DNA of 64,000 nt from an uncultured Actinomycetota bacterium (GCA_963731285.1 CAVSUR010000006.1:14336-78335); one strand, 5' to 3'. Shown: positions 1-10,443, numbered from the stretch's first letter. Made by a program: numbers and translations. The notes: generated from the sequence alone by a model not told the origin.

Positions 1-56
1 AGCAGTCCCTGACCAGCACAGACGTCGTCGAATTCTGGACGCGCGGTGAAATTGCC

Positions 57-1946
57 ATGCAGAATGGCCAGGTGACGTCCACGCCGTCCGCAATGTCCGG
101 GATGCTTCCCCTGCGGGTGACCGATCCGCGGGAGGTGGGCGGATACGGGCTGGTCGGCCGCCTCGGCGAAGGAGGCCAGGGGGTCGTATTCCTGGCCGCT
201 AGCAGCGCTGGAACCCGGGTGGCGCTCAAGGTCCTGCCAGCGACCACGGACTCGCAGGTCCGGAACAGGTTCCTGAAGGAGGTAGCCGCGGCGCAGCGGG
301 TAGCCCGGTTCTGCACTGCGCAGGTTCTGGATGCGGGAATCTTCGAACGTCGGCCCTTCATCGTCAGCGAGTACGTCAACGGGCCGTCGCTGGTAGAAGT
401 CGTCGAGCAGGATGGACCCCGCGGCGGCTCGGCGCTGGAGCGCATCGCCGTCGCGACGCTGACCGCGCTAGGTGCCGTGCACGCCGCCGGGATGGTGCAC
501 CGCGACTTCAAGCCCGCCAACGTCCTGCTCGGGCCGGACGGACCAGTGGTGATCGACTTCGGGCTCGCGACCGTGCCCGGTATGACCACCACGGGCCTTT
601 CTGGCCAGGCCGCCATGGGAACTCCGGCGTACATGGCCCCCGAGCAGCTGGCCGGCGAGCGAGTGACCGCGGCAGCCGACATGTGGTCGTGGGCGGTTTC
701 GATGACCTTCGCCGGAACGGGCAAGCTACCCTTCACGGGTGAGTCATTGACAGCCATGGCCTTCGCCATTCTTCATGGCGAGCCGTCCGTCGGCAGGCTT
801 CCCGAACCACTTGGCTGCCTCGTTCGTCGCTGCCTCAACAAAGACCCGGCAGTTCGGCCCTCAGCCCGCGATGCGCTCAGTGAGCTTGTCGCCGCCGGGG
901 CGCAGCCCATAGGCCCGCTCCCGCCGCAGGTCACAACCCTTGCCGTGGACGACCAGGCATCTAGCTCATCGGCAGCACCAGTCGAAGCGCCCGAGCCGCC
1001 GCAGCGCAGCGCAGGCCCAAGCTCCAAGCGCGACGGGGCAGGGGATAAGGCAGAGCATGCGCGGGGCAGCATTGGTCACGTCAGGCGGCGCTGGCGGGCA
1101 ACCGCGCTCCTCGCCTCAATTCTGCTCATTGGCGGTGCCGGTGGGCTGACCCTCATCCTGTCCCGGCACGGCCCGTTGCCAGGGCAGTCAGGGGGCGGCC
1201 ACGCCGTCAGCAGCCAGGAGCTCGCGGCCGAGGCCGCGGCAAGAACGCGGGCCATCACCTGGATACTGCAGCAGGTCAGCCGGGCCACAGTCGTGTCATG
1301 CGATCCCCAGGTGTGCGCCGACCTCGCCCAGCGAGGCTTCCCGAACCTCGAAACACTTGGGCAGGGATCGACAGATCCGCTCGGCTCAACCCTGGTCGTG
1401 GCCACCGCCGCTATCCGAGCCCAGTTCGGCCGCCGGCTGGCCTCCGTCTACGCTCCGGCCGTCATCGCGAGCTACGGCTCAGGGAACGCCAAGATCGAAA
1501 TCAGATGGGTCTTTCCTGGTGGCACCTCCGCGTATCGCGCCGCCCTGGAGCCGGATCTACACGCCAGGAAGACCAACGACGCTCAGCTCCTTACCAACAG
1601 CCACATCACGGTCTCGGCCACCGCCAGGGCACAGCTTCTTAGCGGCGACATTGATCCGCGGCTGCCGATGCTGATCGCCCCCATGACCGCTGCATACCCG
1701 GTGCGGATCGTGGACTTCGGCGACCAGCCACCGGGTGGCGGACCCGCGAGCCTCCTACGGTCCATGGACTTGGCGACGCACGTCAGCGCGGCGCACCTCG
1801 CGGCGCCGGCCTACATCAGCTGGATACGGGGGCTGGTAAACGCCCAAAGGGCCCAATACCTCCCGGCGTCGAGCAAGCTGGTCACGCTGCCTGCTGGCCG
1901 GACCGTGCTACGGATCGTGTTTGACGCGCCCAGCCCGCTCAGTTAG
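57..1946 (+). CDS. Membrane-anchored Hanks-type Ser/Thr protein kinase with an extracytoplasmic C-terminal domain of unknown fold
   Basis: 629-aa ORF. Kinase motifs GEGGQGVVFLA, VALKVL, HRDFKPANVLL, DFGLA and GTPAYMAPE. One hydrophobic helix (ALLASILLIGGAGGLTLIL) follows a Pro/Ser-rich linker. Confidence 0.9.
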   Translation: MQNGQVTSTPSAMSGMLPLRVTDPREVGGYGLVGRLGEGGQGVVFLAASSAGTRVALKVLPATTDSQVRNRFLKEVAAAQRVARFCTAQVLDAGIFERRPFIVSEYVNGPSLVEVVEQDGPRGGSALERIAVATLTALGAVHAAGMVHRDFKPANVLLGPDGPVVIDFGLATVPGMTTTGLSGQAAMGTPAYMAPEQLAGERVTAAADMWSWAVSMTFAGTGKLPFTGESLTAMAFAILHGEPSVGRLPEPLGCLVRRCLNKDPAVRPSARDALSELVAAGAQPIGPLPPQVTTLAVDDQASSSSAAPVEAPEPPQRSAGPSSKRDGAGDKAEHARGSIGHVRRRWRATALLASILLIGGAGGLTLILSRHGPLPGQSGGGHAVSSQELAAEAAARTRAITWILQQVSRATVVSCDPQVCADLAQRGFPNLETLGQGSTDPLGSTLVVATAAIRAQFGRRLASVYAPAVIASYGSGNAKIEIRWVFPGGTSAYRAALEPDLHARKTNDAQLLTNSHITVSATARAQLLSGDIDPRLPMLIAPMTAAYPVRIVDFGDQPPGGGPASLLRSMDLATHVSAAHLAAPAYISWIRGLVNAQRAQYLPASSKLVTLPAGRTVLRIVFDAPSPLS

Positions 1947-2090
1947 CCCAGATGCGCTGGCAGCTCGCCGACGCCGCCAAGCGCTCGAATGCGACGCCGT
2001 GACCGGTCTTGCTAACGCTTTGCTAACAACGGCCGTGGAAATACAGGGTTGACCCTGGACTCCAAAAGGTCCCAGCGCGCCGAATGGCCC

Positions 2091-2174
2091 GGTCAGATGG
2101 CCTGTGATGGACTCGCGCGGACTTGCCAATCCTCCTGGAAAGCGGAAGGTCGGCGGTTCGACCCCGCCCTGACC
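2091..2174 (+). pseudogene. Degenerate tRNA-Phe-like sequence (att-type copy 1). Only the 3' half, 2130..2174, is convincingly tRNA-like.
   Basis: 2130..2174 reads TCCTC-CTGGAAA-GCGGA-AGGTC-GGCGG-TTCGACC-CCGCC-CTGACC: anticodon arm, variable loop, T arm and acceptor 3' strand. GGTCAG at 2091..2096 can pair with CTGACC at 2169..2174. The D-arm region is about 11 nt too long and does not fold, the anticodon position reads GGA, and there is no CCA. Confidence 0.5.
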
Positions 2175-2189
2175 GGCCCCGAGGGCCGG

Positions 2190-2778
2190 CAGGAGCGTCA
2201 CGCAGGTATGGCGAAGATCGTGGAACCGGGTCTGGCCGAGGCCCGCGTTCTTTGCGGATCGCATGCCAGCTGCGGCGGAAATTGTCGGGCTCCATGGGCG
2301 TGCCCCGGCGCGATGGGAACACGAGATCATGCTCTTCCCAGTCGGGTCAGGCGTCCGAGCGTTCGGCGAATTGCTTCTTGCGGTGGTCGCGGAGCGCCTC
2401 GACGCAGGGCGCTGGGAGAGGAACCGTCCGCCGCGAGCCCTCGGTCTCCGGCGGGACCAGGCGCAAGGTTCCGCCGACCCGCTGGAGAGTCTGGCTGATC
2501 TCTAGCCGCGCCTCGTCCAGGTTCACGTCCTGCCAGCGCAGGCCCAGCAGCACGCCGCGGCGCAGGCCGAGATACAGGGCCAGGGCGTACAGCGCGGCTA
2601 GCCGGTGTGCGTCGGCTGCCTTGAGCACGGCCCGTGCCTGGGCGGCGGTCAGCCCCCGGTTGACCCGGTATGTCGGCGCAGCAACTCGTACGAGCCTGGC
2701 GACATTGCGCGGGATGACCTCCTCCCGCACCGCACATTCCACGGCGCTTCTGAGCACGGCGTGGATTGACTGGACCAT
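2190..2778 (-). pseudogene. Tyrosine recombinase (phage-type integrase), truncated at both ends and frameshifted
   Basis: Three minus-strand frames carry consecutive integrase pieces: LGLRRGVLLGLRWQDVNLDEARLEI...RRTVPLPAPCVEALRDHRKKQ (2347..2778), FPSRRGTPMEPDNFRRSWHAIRKE (2023..2322 frame) and GLGQTRFHDLRHTCVTLL (1908..2330 frame). The reading runs into the tRNA-like sequence before the catalytic Tyr region. Confidence 0.8.
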
Positions 2779-2899
2779 CCGCGGGGACAGCCGGGAGTCG
2801 CAGCACTGTCCGCCGCGCAGGACGCAGCAGCGAGGCTCGGCGCGCTGAGCATCCCAGCCGTGCTTGCATCACTGGCATTCCCGCCTGACACGGGTGATG

Positions 2900-3077
2900 A
2901 CCTTCCCGGATCACGCACCGCCCGGGCAGGCCGCCAGCGCCCCAGCCCGGCCGAAAGGCCCCGGTCCAGGCCCGTTGCCCGCAGCGCCCGGGTAAGGAGC
3001 AGGCCGCCGGCCTGGGAAACGATCCCCGTTACGTCAGCAGACACGGTGATCTTCGGGCAGCGAGTGGTACTCTTCAC
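2900..3077 (-). mobile_element. IS1380-family transposase, N-terminal fragment only
   Basis: The first ~58 aa of ORF 2649..3077 read KITVSADVTGIVSQAGGLLLTRALRATGLDRGLSAGLGRWRPARAVRDPG. This resembles the conserved N-terminus of IS1380-type DDE transposases (from memory). The rest of the ORF is unrelated read-through. Confidence 0.45.
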
Positions 3078-3249
3078 CTGGAAAGTGCCTTCGGCTGGTG
3101 GCGGACAGGTCCTTCAACAAGTCCTATTCTCCCAGGCCAGGGCACTTTTACTTGTAAACGATCAAGCTAGCCAACATCCAGGCGAAAGCCTGAGGCTAGC
3201 GCGCTTAGCCGTCTTCCTCGCTCTCGATTGTCCGGCTCGTGGCCGCCGC

Positions 3250-4452
3250 GTCTAGACACCACGGCGGAAACTGTAAGGGTGGTGCTGGAGCGGGGGGTGG
3301 GCAGGCGGTTTCGTCGTAGACGGTGTAGCTGGCAGGCGGCGTGAGACTGACGAGGTCGTTGAGCTAGCAGCGCTGGTGGTGGGTGTCGCGGCGGCGCGGC
3401 GGTGGTCGTAGAACGCACGGGCGCCGGGGCTGATGCTGATCGGGGAGAATGCCACAGGTAGATCGCGTCGGCGAGGCGCTTGTTGCGGGCGTGCGGGCAG
3501 CACTACCGTTTCGTGCGGAGGCGCAGGTGACCGGTGATGTTCCGGCGTAGTTCCTGCGAGACTTAGCGGTGGCATAGCGGTCCGGCACGTCGCCGAACTC
3601 GCCGAGCACCCGGGCGCGAGGATGGTCCCCAGTCCTGGCGGGGATCGGACCGCTTCTGCGTCGGGTGCTGCTCAAAATCCACCGCTGAGCTGCTGCTCCA
3701 GCACGGCGATCTGCGCGGTCATCTCGGCGATCACCGCGGCCAGCGAGGCGACCGCGGTGCCATCGCGGCGGCGATGCACCGGGGAGGCTTGCAGCTGCGG
3801 GGCGCGCAGCGCGCTGGATCGCGGCGGCCGCTCGGAGATGCGGCGGGCAGCGGCCGCGCGGCGCAGCGCGGCGGCGATCTGCGGTCTTCGACAGGCCCGC
3901 GCCGAGGGCGGGCCGGGCGCGGCCTGCAGGACAGCTAGCGCGTCGCGCTGGTCAGATCGTCGAACGCGGCCAGGGCGGCGGGGTGGACTCCGCAGCGCGA
4001 CCGGAGCTGGTTTGCTGGCGGCGCGGTTCCAGATCATCGACTGATGCGCGCGGGCCAGCACCTTGACCGCTCGGCCAGGCCGCTGTCGCGGCACCGCGGG
4101 CCGGTGGTTGTGCCGGTCGGTGCGGACTAGGTCGGCCAGAAGCTTCGCGTCGCCCGGGTCGGACTTGGCGCCCGAGGACGAGTGCCGGTCCCGGTAGCGC
4201 GACACGGACATCGGGTTCACCGCGAATACCTGATAGCCGGCCGCGACCAGCGCGGCGGCGAACATGCCCCGGTCGGTCTCGATCCCGATCACCACCTCAC
4301 CGGGATCCTCGGTGTGCGCAGCAATCATGTTGTGGAACCGGGCGATGCCCTCGACCCCGTCCGCAGCCGGCCGCTGGCAAGCCGCCGGCCTTGTTCATCC
4401 TGAAAATGCACGTATGGTGGGCTTCGGCCCAGTCCACCCCGGAGAAAATCAT
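3250..4452 (-). mobile_element. IS110-family insertion sequence, copy A; transposase broken by several frameshifts
   Basis: N-terminus MIFSGVDWAEAHH starts at 4452. IGIETDRG...YQVFAVNPMSVSRYRDRHSSSGAKSDPGDAKLLADLVRTDRH lies in ORF 3672..4328. C-terminal RARVLGEFGDVPDRYATAKSRRNYAGTSPVT lies in ORF 3364..3675. The terminal motif GTCTAGACACCACGG sits at 3250..3264. Confidence 0.8.
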
Positions 4453-4811
4453 GCCCGGCTCTCCTCCCGGATCGTCGATGAGATTCGCGAACCCGGAGAT
4501 CTCCTGGCAGCTCCCTAATAGTGCAGCGCTCACCGGCGCGTCATCCCACCATAGGCCGCCCTGGCGGGCGTTGCTTCGCGATGGCTGCGCCAGCCTGATG
4601 GGGGTGGATCGGCTCGTTCGATAGGACAGGCTGATCTTTGAGCCGTCTGCCGTGAGCACTGGCCAGCCCGGGTCCTGGAGTCCTGGGTCTAGATCGTGCC
4701 ATGGCAGGCTGGTGAGGAGGTTGCAGGGCTGGTGGGGTGTCGTGCCAGGAGCACTGATCCATTAGGTCGCCGTGTTGCCTCCCCGGGCTCGTCCACGACG
4801 GACATGAGGAG

Positions 4812-6060
4812 GTGCGGGTGATCTTCGCCGGGGTTGACCGGGCGGAGGCTCATCACGATGTGGGCGTGATGGGCGAGGACGGCCGGGTGCTGGAACAGCG
4901 CCGGGTCAGCCACAGCGTGGCGGGCATCGGTGAGCTGCACGCGCTGGTCGCCGCGCACGCCGGAGAGGGGGAACCGGCCGCCGCCGGGATCAAGGCCGGC
5001 CGGGGCCTGGTGGTGACGGCGCTGCTGGCGGCCGGTTATCAGGTGCATGCGGTCAGCCCGCTGGCCTCATCGCGCTACCGGGACCGCCATTCCGCCTCCG
5101 GGGCGAAGTCCGGCCGGGGGGATGCGAAGGTGCTGGCGGACCTGGTCCGCACCGGCCGGCGCAGCCACCGGCAGGTCGCCGGGGACTGCGATCTGGCTGA
5201 GGCGGTGAAGGTCGTGGCCCGGGCACACCAGTCAGCGGTGTGGTCGCGGCAGCGTCAGGCCAGCGCGCTGCGCTCGGCGCTGCGGGAGTACTACCCGGCC
5301 GCGCTGGCGGCGTTCGGCACGGACCTGGCCGCCGGTGATGCGGCCGCTGTCCCTGGCCCTGGCACCCGCCCCGCAGGCCGGCCGGGCGCTGTCCCGGGCC
5401 AAGATCGCCTCCGCGCTGCGCCGGGCCGGGCGGCAGCGCAGCACCGGCCAGCGGGCAGCCGGGATCCAGGCCGCGCTGCGCGCGGGCTACCTGCAAGCCC
5501 CGCCCGCCGTCGCGGCCGCTTACGGGGCGGCAGCCCGCTCGGCGATCCGGCTCATCAGCGCCTGTACCGCCGAGATCGCCGAGCTCGCCGAAGCGCTGGC
5601 GGAGCATTTTGACCAGCACCCGGACGTGAAGATCGTCCGTTCCCTGCCAGGACTGGGGACGATCCCCGGCGCCCGGGTGCTGGGCGAGTCCGGTGATGAC
5701 CGGACCCGTTTTGCCAGCCCCCAGTGCCGCAAGAACTACGCCGGCACCTCACCCATCACCAAGGCCTCCGGGCGCAGCCACGTCGTGCTGGCCCGCCACG
5801 CCCGTAACCGGCGGCTGGCCGACGCCCTGGAGCAATGGGCGTTCTGCTCCCTCACCGCATCGCCCGGGGCCCGCACCTGCTACGACCAGCTCCGCGCCCG
5901 CGGCACAACCCGCCGCCAGGCGCTGCGCCAGCTCGCCAGCCGCTGGGCCGGCATCCTGCACATCTGCCTGGAACGCGGATGCACCTACGACGAAACCGCC
6001 GCCTGGCACCACCTCCAAGCCAACACCGCTTGACACCTTCCAGCCGTGGGGTGTCTAGAC
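4812..6060 (+). mobile_element. IS110-family insertion sequence, copy B; transposase with at least one frameshift near 5335 and degenerate catalytic motifs
   Basis: ORF 4812..5612 carries VIFAGVDRAEAHH...YQVHAVSPLASSRYRDRHSASGAKSGRGDAKVLADLVRT. It continues in ORF 5335..6033 with PGLGTIPGARVLGESGDDRTRFASPQCRKNYAGTSPITKASG. The 3' motif CCGTGGGGTGTCTAGAC at 6044..6060 is the reverse complement of the copy A end. Confidence 0.8.
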
Positions 6061-6229
6061 CCGGCACCCACTCACAAGGGGTTGGCGCCCATCGGGAAGA
6101 CGGACAGGACTAGGACAGAGGCAGTCTCCAAACTCGGCTACCGCCTGACTCCTATCCGCTCTTGGGGAAGGGTGACAAGCAGCCCGCGATTGACCCGAGG
6201 GTAGCCGCCTGGCTACCCTCGCTCCTAAT

Positions 6230-7504
6230 ATGTGGGCCGCACGACTGCGATATTCCGGACTGGGCGTGCTCCTGCTAGGCGTCACAGTTGCCCTGTTGAT
6301 GGCCTGGCTGCGGGTGAGCCATGTGTTGTTCGCAGTCGCCGCCGGCTTCTTTGTCTTCGGCGTAACGGTACTCCTGGTCGCCTGGGACGGGTGGCGCCAG
6401 ACGAGTCCGGAAAGCCTCACCTCACGCGGTATCACGCCGGACTCTGCCGGGAGTTTCCCCGTAATGGATCCAGGCCTGCGCCGGGAGATAGTACCTATAA
6501 TCCCCGGCGCTGCCACCCGGCGGATGTCCAGTATCCCTACCCGGCGCCCGGCGGCCCATTCGGCCGGGATGACAAAGGCCGCCCGAAGCAGCCGGACTCG
6601 CCGGGGGGACGAAACGCTCCAGCCGGATGCCACGATCACTCTCGTCGGTGAACGGCGGGCAGCAGGCATTGATGACCTGTTCGCCGCGCTGGACAGCGAA
6701 CTGGTCGGGCTCGTCTCGGTGAAGAAGAAGGTGGAAGAAATCGGTTCGCTGCTGCTGGTCGACCGGGCACGACAGCGGTTCGGGCTCTCCGCGTCCCGGC
6801 CGAACCTGCACATGTGCTTCACCGGGGCGCCGGGAACCGGGAAGACTACGGTTGCGCTGATGATGGCCGACCTGCTCCACCGGCTTGGCTACCTGGAGAA
6901 AGGTCATCTCGTGCATGCCATGCGCGATGACCTTGTGGGTGAGTACATCGGGCACACCGCGCCGAAGACCAGGCAGGTTCTCGCGCGCGCGATGGGCGGC
7001 GTGCTGTTCATCGACGAGGCTTACACCCTGTACCGCGCCGCGGACTCCAAGGACTACGGCCAGGAGTGCATCGACATCCTAATGCAGGTGATGGAGAACG
7101 AGCGGGACAAGCTCGTGGTAGTCCTCGCTGGATACAAGGACCGCATGGATCACTTCTTCGAGTCCAACCCTGGCATGAGCTCGCGCATCGCGCATCACCT
7201 GGACTTCGCCGAGTACGATGTCAGCGAGCTGCTCGCGATCGGGCGGCGGATGCTGGACCGGTCGTCCTACTACCTGTCGCACGAGGCGGTGGCGGCATTT
7301 CGCGACTACCTGTCGCTGCGGATGAGCCAGCCTCGGTTCGCCAACGCCCGCAGCGTCCGGAACGAGCTGGAAAGTGCCCGGCTCCGGCACGCGTATCGTC
7401 TCGCCGCCGATCCGGAGCGGCACCGGAGTAAAGACGACCTGATGCGCCTTGAGCCGTCGGACATCCTGCCTAGCCGGGAATTGCTAACCGGCGATCCGCC
7501 GTAG
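6230..7504 (+). CDS. AAA+ ATPase of the CbbX/SpoVK/EccA-like type with an N-terminal two-helix membrane anchor
   Basis: 424-aa ORF. Walker A FTGAPGTGKTT, Walker B GGVLFIDEAY and the typical LVVVLAGYKDRMDHFFESNPGMSSRIAHHLDFAEY. The N-terminus has two hydrophobic stretches (GLGVLLLGVTVALLMAWL and VLFAVAAGFFVFGVTVLLVAW). Confidence 0.8.
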   Translation: MWAARLRYSGLGVLLLGVTVALLMAWLRVSHVLFAVAAGFFVFGVTVLLVAWDGWRQTSPESLTSRGITPDSAGSFPVMDPGLRREIVPIIPGAATRRMSSIPTRRPAAHSAGMTKAARSSRTRRGDETLQPDATITLVGERRAAGIDDLFAALDSELVGLVSVKKKVEEIGSLLLVDRARQRFGLSASRPNLHMCFTGAPGTGKTTVALMMADLLHRLGYLEKGHLVHAMRDDLVGEYIGHTAPKTRQVLARAMGGVLFIDEAYTLYRAADSKDYGQECIDILMQVMENERDKLVVVLAGYKDRMDHFFESNPGMSSRIAHHLDFAEYDVSELLAIGRRMLDRSSYYLSHEAVAAFRDYLSLRMSQPRFANARSVRNELESARLRHAYRLAADPERHRSKDDLMRLEPSDILPSRELLTGDPP

Positions 7505-7765
7505 CTGCTCGTAGGGAGCTGACGTATCTAACCGGGCCCGGACCTGCCGAGGGTCGTCGAAGGGCCTGCCCGCCGCGACCAGGTCCAGATCCCGGCGGTC
7601 AAGATCATTCGTCCGGTGGGGCGCTGAACAGATAGCCGCCGGAGCCCACCTGACAGTCATTGACGGCAACCGTGACGGCAACGTGTGCAGCCAACGCCAG
7701 GCCGGCGCAGCCACAGACAGCCAAACACTCCTGCATGGCTGGCCTGAGCTGGCTATCCCCTACAC

Positions 7766-7810
7766 CTGAAAAGCGGAAGGCCGGCGGTTCGATCCCGCCC
7801 CTGACCACCA
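7766..7810 (+). repeat. tRNA-Phe(GAA)-like 3' half (att-type copy 2), direct repeat of 2135..2174
   Basis: CTGAAAA-GCGGA-AGGCC-GGCGG-TTCGATC-CCGCC-CCTGACC-A-CCA. The sequence upstream of 7766 cannot form the anticodon stem, D arm or acceptor 5' strand, so this is a fragment and not a gene. Confidence 0.65.
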
Positions 7811-7878
7811 CTCTCACCTGCGCCGGCGTGCGCCTAGTGATCGTCGAAGCGCAACTCGTGACGCTTGTAGTCTCATTT

Positions 7879-9488
7879 CTAGGCCACGGGGAGCGCCCCC
7901 AGCCCGCCGGTGCCGAAGCCCGGCGGGAACGACGCGCGGCCAACGATGCGGAACTGAGCCTGGTGCCGACCGCCTTCCGGGTCCGTGACGGTCACCTGGA
8001 CCAGCCCGCCCGGCTGCGCGCCAACACCGCGCATGGTCGCGGCGCCCATGATCTCGTGATCACCGCTGGGCAGCCGGCCGTCCACCACCGAGATCAGCGC
8101 AGGACCGCGGACCGCGGCCGCCACGACCACATGGACCTGACGGCCATTCACGTCGATAGCCGCGATGCTCGCCACGGTGATCCGTCCAATCTCCCGGTCC
8201 CTCCGAAGGCTGGCCAGCACGGGCCTGGTGATGGCGGACCCGGACCCGGTCCCCTGATTGGTGAACTCCGCCTGGAAGCACGCCATACAGGGCGGCCGAG
8301 GAGATGAGCCGGGTCAGGCTGGCGCCGAACACGGCCGTCGCGCACAGCGCGGCGACCGCCAGCACCATGCCCAGCAGCGCAGTCCCCACCGGAACCGGCT
8401 GCCGGCCCCGGCCCTGCTCCAGCGCGTACCGGATCCCGATCAGCGCGCTCGGCGGCGCGCCGATCCCGGCCACGGCCCGCACCAGCGTCACCGGCACCGC
8501 CCGCCGCGGCGGGCCGTCGCGCAGCAGCCGTGCGTGGCGGATGGCCGGCCAGGCCCACAGCGCCACAACCGTGCCCACCGTGGCCAGCGCGCCAATCACC
8601 GTGACCAGTGGGTCAATGACCACCGCGCCCGCCGAGCTGGCGGCCAGCCGCGCCTCACCCACCGGGGTCAGCGGGGAAAGCGCCGCGGCCAGCGCCACGG
8701 CCCCGGCCGCGCCCACCGCGCCGATGATGGCCGCGCGGGCCAGGCCAAGCGCCACAAACTGCCGCACCCGCAAGCCCACCGCGGACAGGGCCTGACGATC
8801 ATCCTGCTCGATGACGAACTGCCGGGCGGCGGCCTGCCCGATTACGGCCAGCCCGGCCAGCGCGGCCAGCCCGGCCAGCACCCACCAGCCCACAGCCTGC
8901 GGCCTGATCGCGCGCTGCACCGCGGCAGCGTCATTATCCAGGTCATCAGGGCCGAGCGAATCCAGCGGGCGGAGCTGGCTTTCGAAGGCGGGCAGGTCAG
9001 CCGCGCCGTGCCGGAGCCGCACATAGTAGAACGGCACCACCAGTGAGCGGGGATTCACCGCCGCTGCGTACGCCTTCGTCGGAAACAGGTCGTAGCGGCC
9101 CGTTCCCGGCGGGGAACTCATTCTCAGCCACCACCAGGCCCACCACCCGCAGGCCACGCCGTGGGACAGCCGCAATGTTGACCTTGGACCGGCCCAGCTT
9201 CTGCGCCAGCTTCACTTGCGCCGGGGTCGGCGTCAGGACCTCGAGCACCGAGCCGATCCGCACGCCGTTATCCCTGGCCAGTGTGTAGGACGCCAGCACC
9301 TGATCAGGGCTGGACTGGTCCGGCATCCGCCCCGAGAGCAGCTTGACCACCCGGGACAGGCTGCCCGGGACCTCGAGACCCCAAAGGAGCCGGAGCCGAT
9401 CGGCTTGCGGCAGGAGGCGCAGCGGCCCGGGAAGGCGAACGGGGCAAGGACCGGCATCACCAGGGCGACCTTGGGGGTCAAGATCCAC
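7879..9488 (-). pseudogene. Large FtsX-family (MacB-type) ABC transporter permease, frameshifted and 3'-truncated
   Basis: Consecutive pieces lie in ORFs 8997..9488, 8060..9175 and 7879..8286: periplasmic domain, FtsX helices LSAVGLRVRQFVALGLARAAIIGAVG, then IGIRYALEQGRGRQPVPVG...SLTRLISS and a second periplasmic domain. The reading stops about 70 nt from the tRNA-like fragment, and the second FtsX helix bundle is missing. Confidence 0.7.
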
Positions 9489-10002
9489 CTGACATCAGGT
9501 GGCAGGCGCCGTCCAAGTCTTGCAGGCCGCGCTCCCGCGAGAGCCGGTCATCTAACGACACGCAAACCACCGCGCGGCATCCAGCTCCCTCACCCCCTGC
9601 CGCACACGCCGCCGAGCTAAGGAATTGCAGCCGCCACCATGACCCGGCGACCGGTCTCAAGCACACAGGCCGACTCGCGGCAGGCAGAGTGCTTCATCGC
9701 CCACCCGACCCGGGCGTGCACTGACAGCACCAGGGCGCACTGGCCATCGCGCCGTCACCTTCGCAGTGGCAGCCTGATCGGCAGCCACGCCTGAACCCAG
9801 CTACTTGCGCGCGCGGTAACGAACACCTTGCACCGGCTGCAGGCGGGCCGTGCAAATCGGTTAAAGGCATTTGTATTAGCAAGATCGTCGGCTTGGTCCG
9901 ACTCTGGCATGCGATAACGGATGACTGCATGCAAGATGGCGCATTGCCGTGCCTATCCTGAAGACAGACCGCTACGTCCTGGATCGCTGGAGGGGTATCG
10001 CA

Positions 10003-10443
10003 ATGAGCACCGCTGATCGGCGTGGCGGCCGACAGGCATCCCCTGCGACCGGCGCACGCACCGGGATGCTGCCGTGGGCGTGCGCAGGAGGAGTACTGGC
10101 CGTGGAGGTTGTGGTTCTTGTGCTCACGCCGTCGGGATGGCGGGCTGTGGTCAGTGCACTGCTGGCCCTTGCTACCTTCGGCGCGCTGACTGCTGTTCTC
10201 GCTATTTCAGCCCGCCGCAGGACAGTTACCAGACGAGGTGCCGCACGGTCGGTGCCTGGCGCGGCGCATGCGCCAGGCACCGACGATGTGATCAGCCCGC
10301 AGATCCGCCGGGCCTACCGGCTAGCGCACCGCGGTGTGCCCGCAGAGCGGATCGCCAAGCGCTGTCATTTGCCATTTGCTATGGCCGACGTGCTCGTTTC
10401 AGAGATCATGCCAAGCCGCTCTGCACCGTCCGGGGAAAGATGA
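10003..10443 (+). CDS. Hypothetical two-helix membrane protein
   Basis: The ATG at 10003 is preceded by GGAGGGG. Two hydrophobic segments, no recognisable motif. Confidence 0.4.
   Translation: MSTADRRGGRQASPATGARTGMLPWACAGGVLAVEVVVLVLTPSGWRAVVSALLALATFGALTAVLAISARRRTVTRRGAARSVPGAAHAPGTDDVISPQIRRAYRLAHRGVPAERIAKRCHLPFAMADVLVSEIMPSRSAPSGER

Noticed and set aside
2111-2146. Resemblance of GCGGACTTGCCAATCC to a tRNA-Sec anticodon arm (GGACTTCAAATCC)
   Set aside because: There is no UCA anticodon, the loop would be 8 nt, and no 8-bp acceptor or long D stem is present. The overlap with the tRNA-Phe-like arm explains the similarity better.
7735-7810. Possible intact tRNA ending in CCA at 7810
   Set aside because: The 31 nt upstream of the anticodon loop cannot form the acceptor (GGTCAGG would be needed), the D arm or the 5' anticodon stem. 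Only the 3' 45 nt are tRNA-like.
8060-9175. Treating ORF 8060..9175 as an intact 371-aa gene
   Set aside because: Its first ~40 and last ~70 residues are out-of-frame read-through. The real permease sequence continues in ORFs 8997..9488 and 7879..8286.
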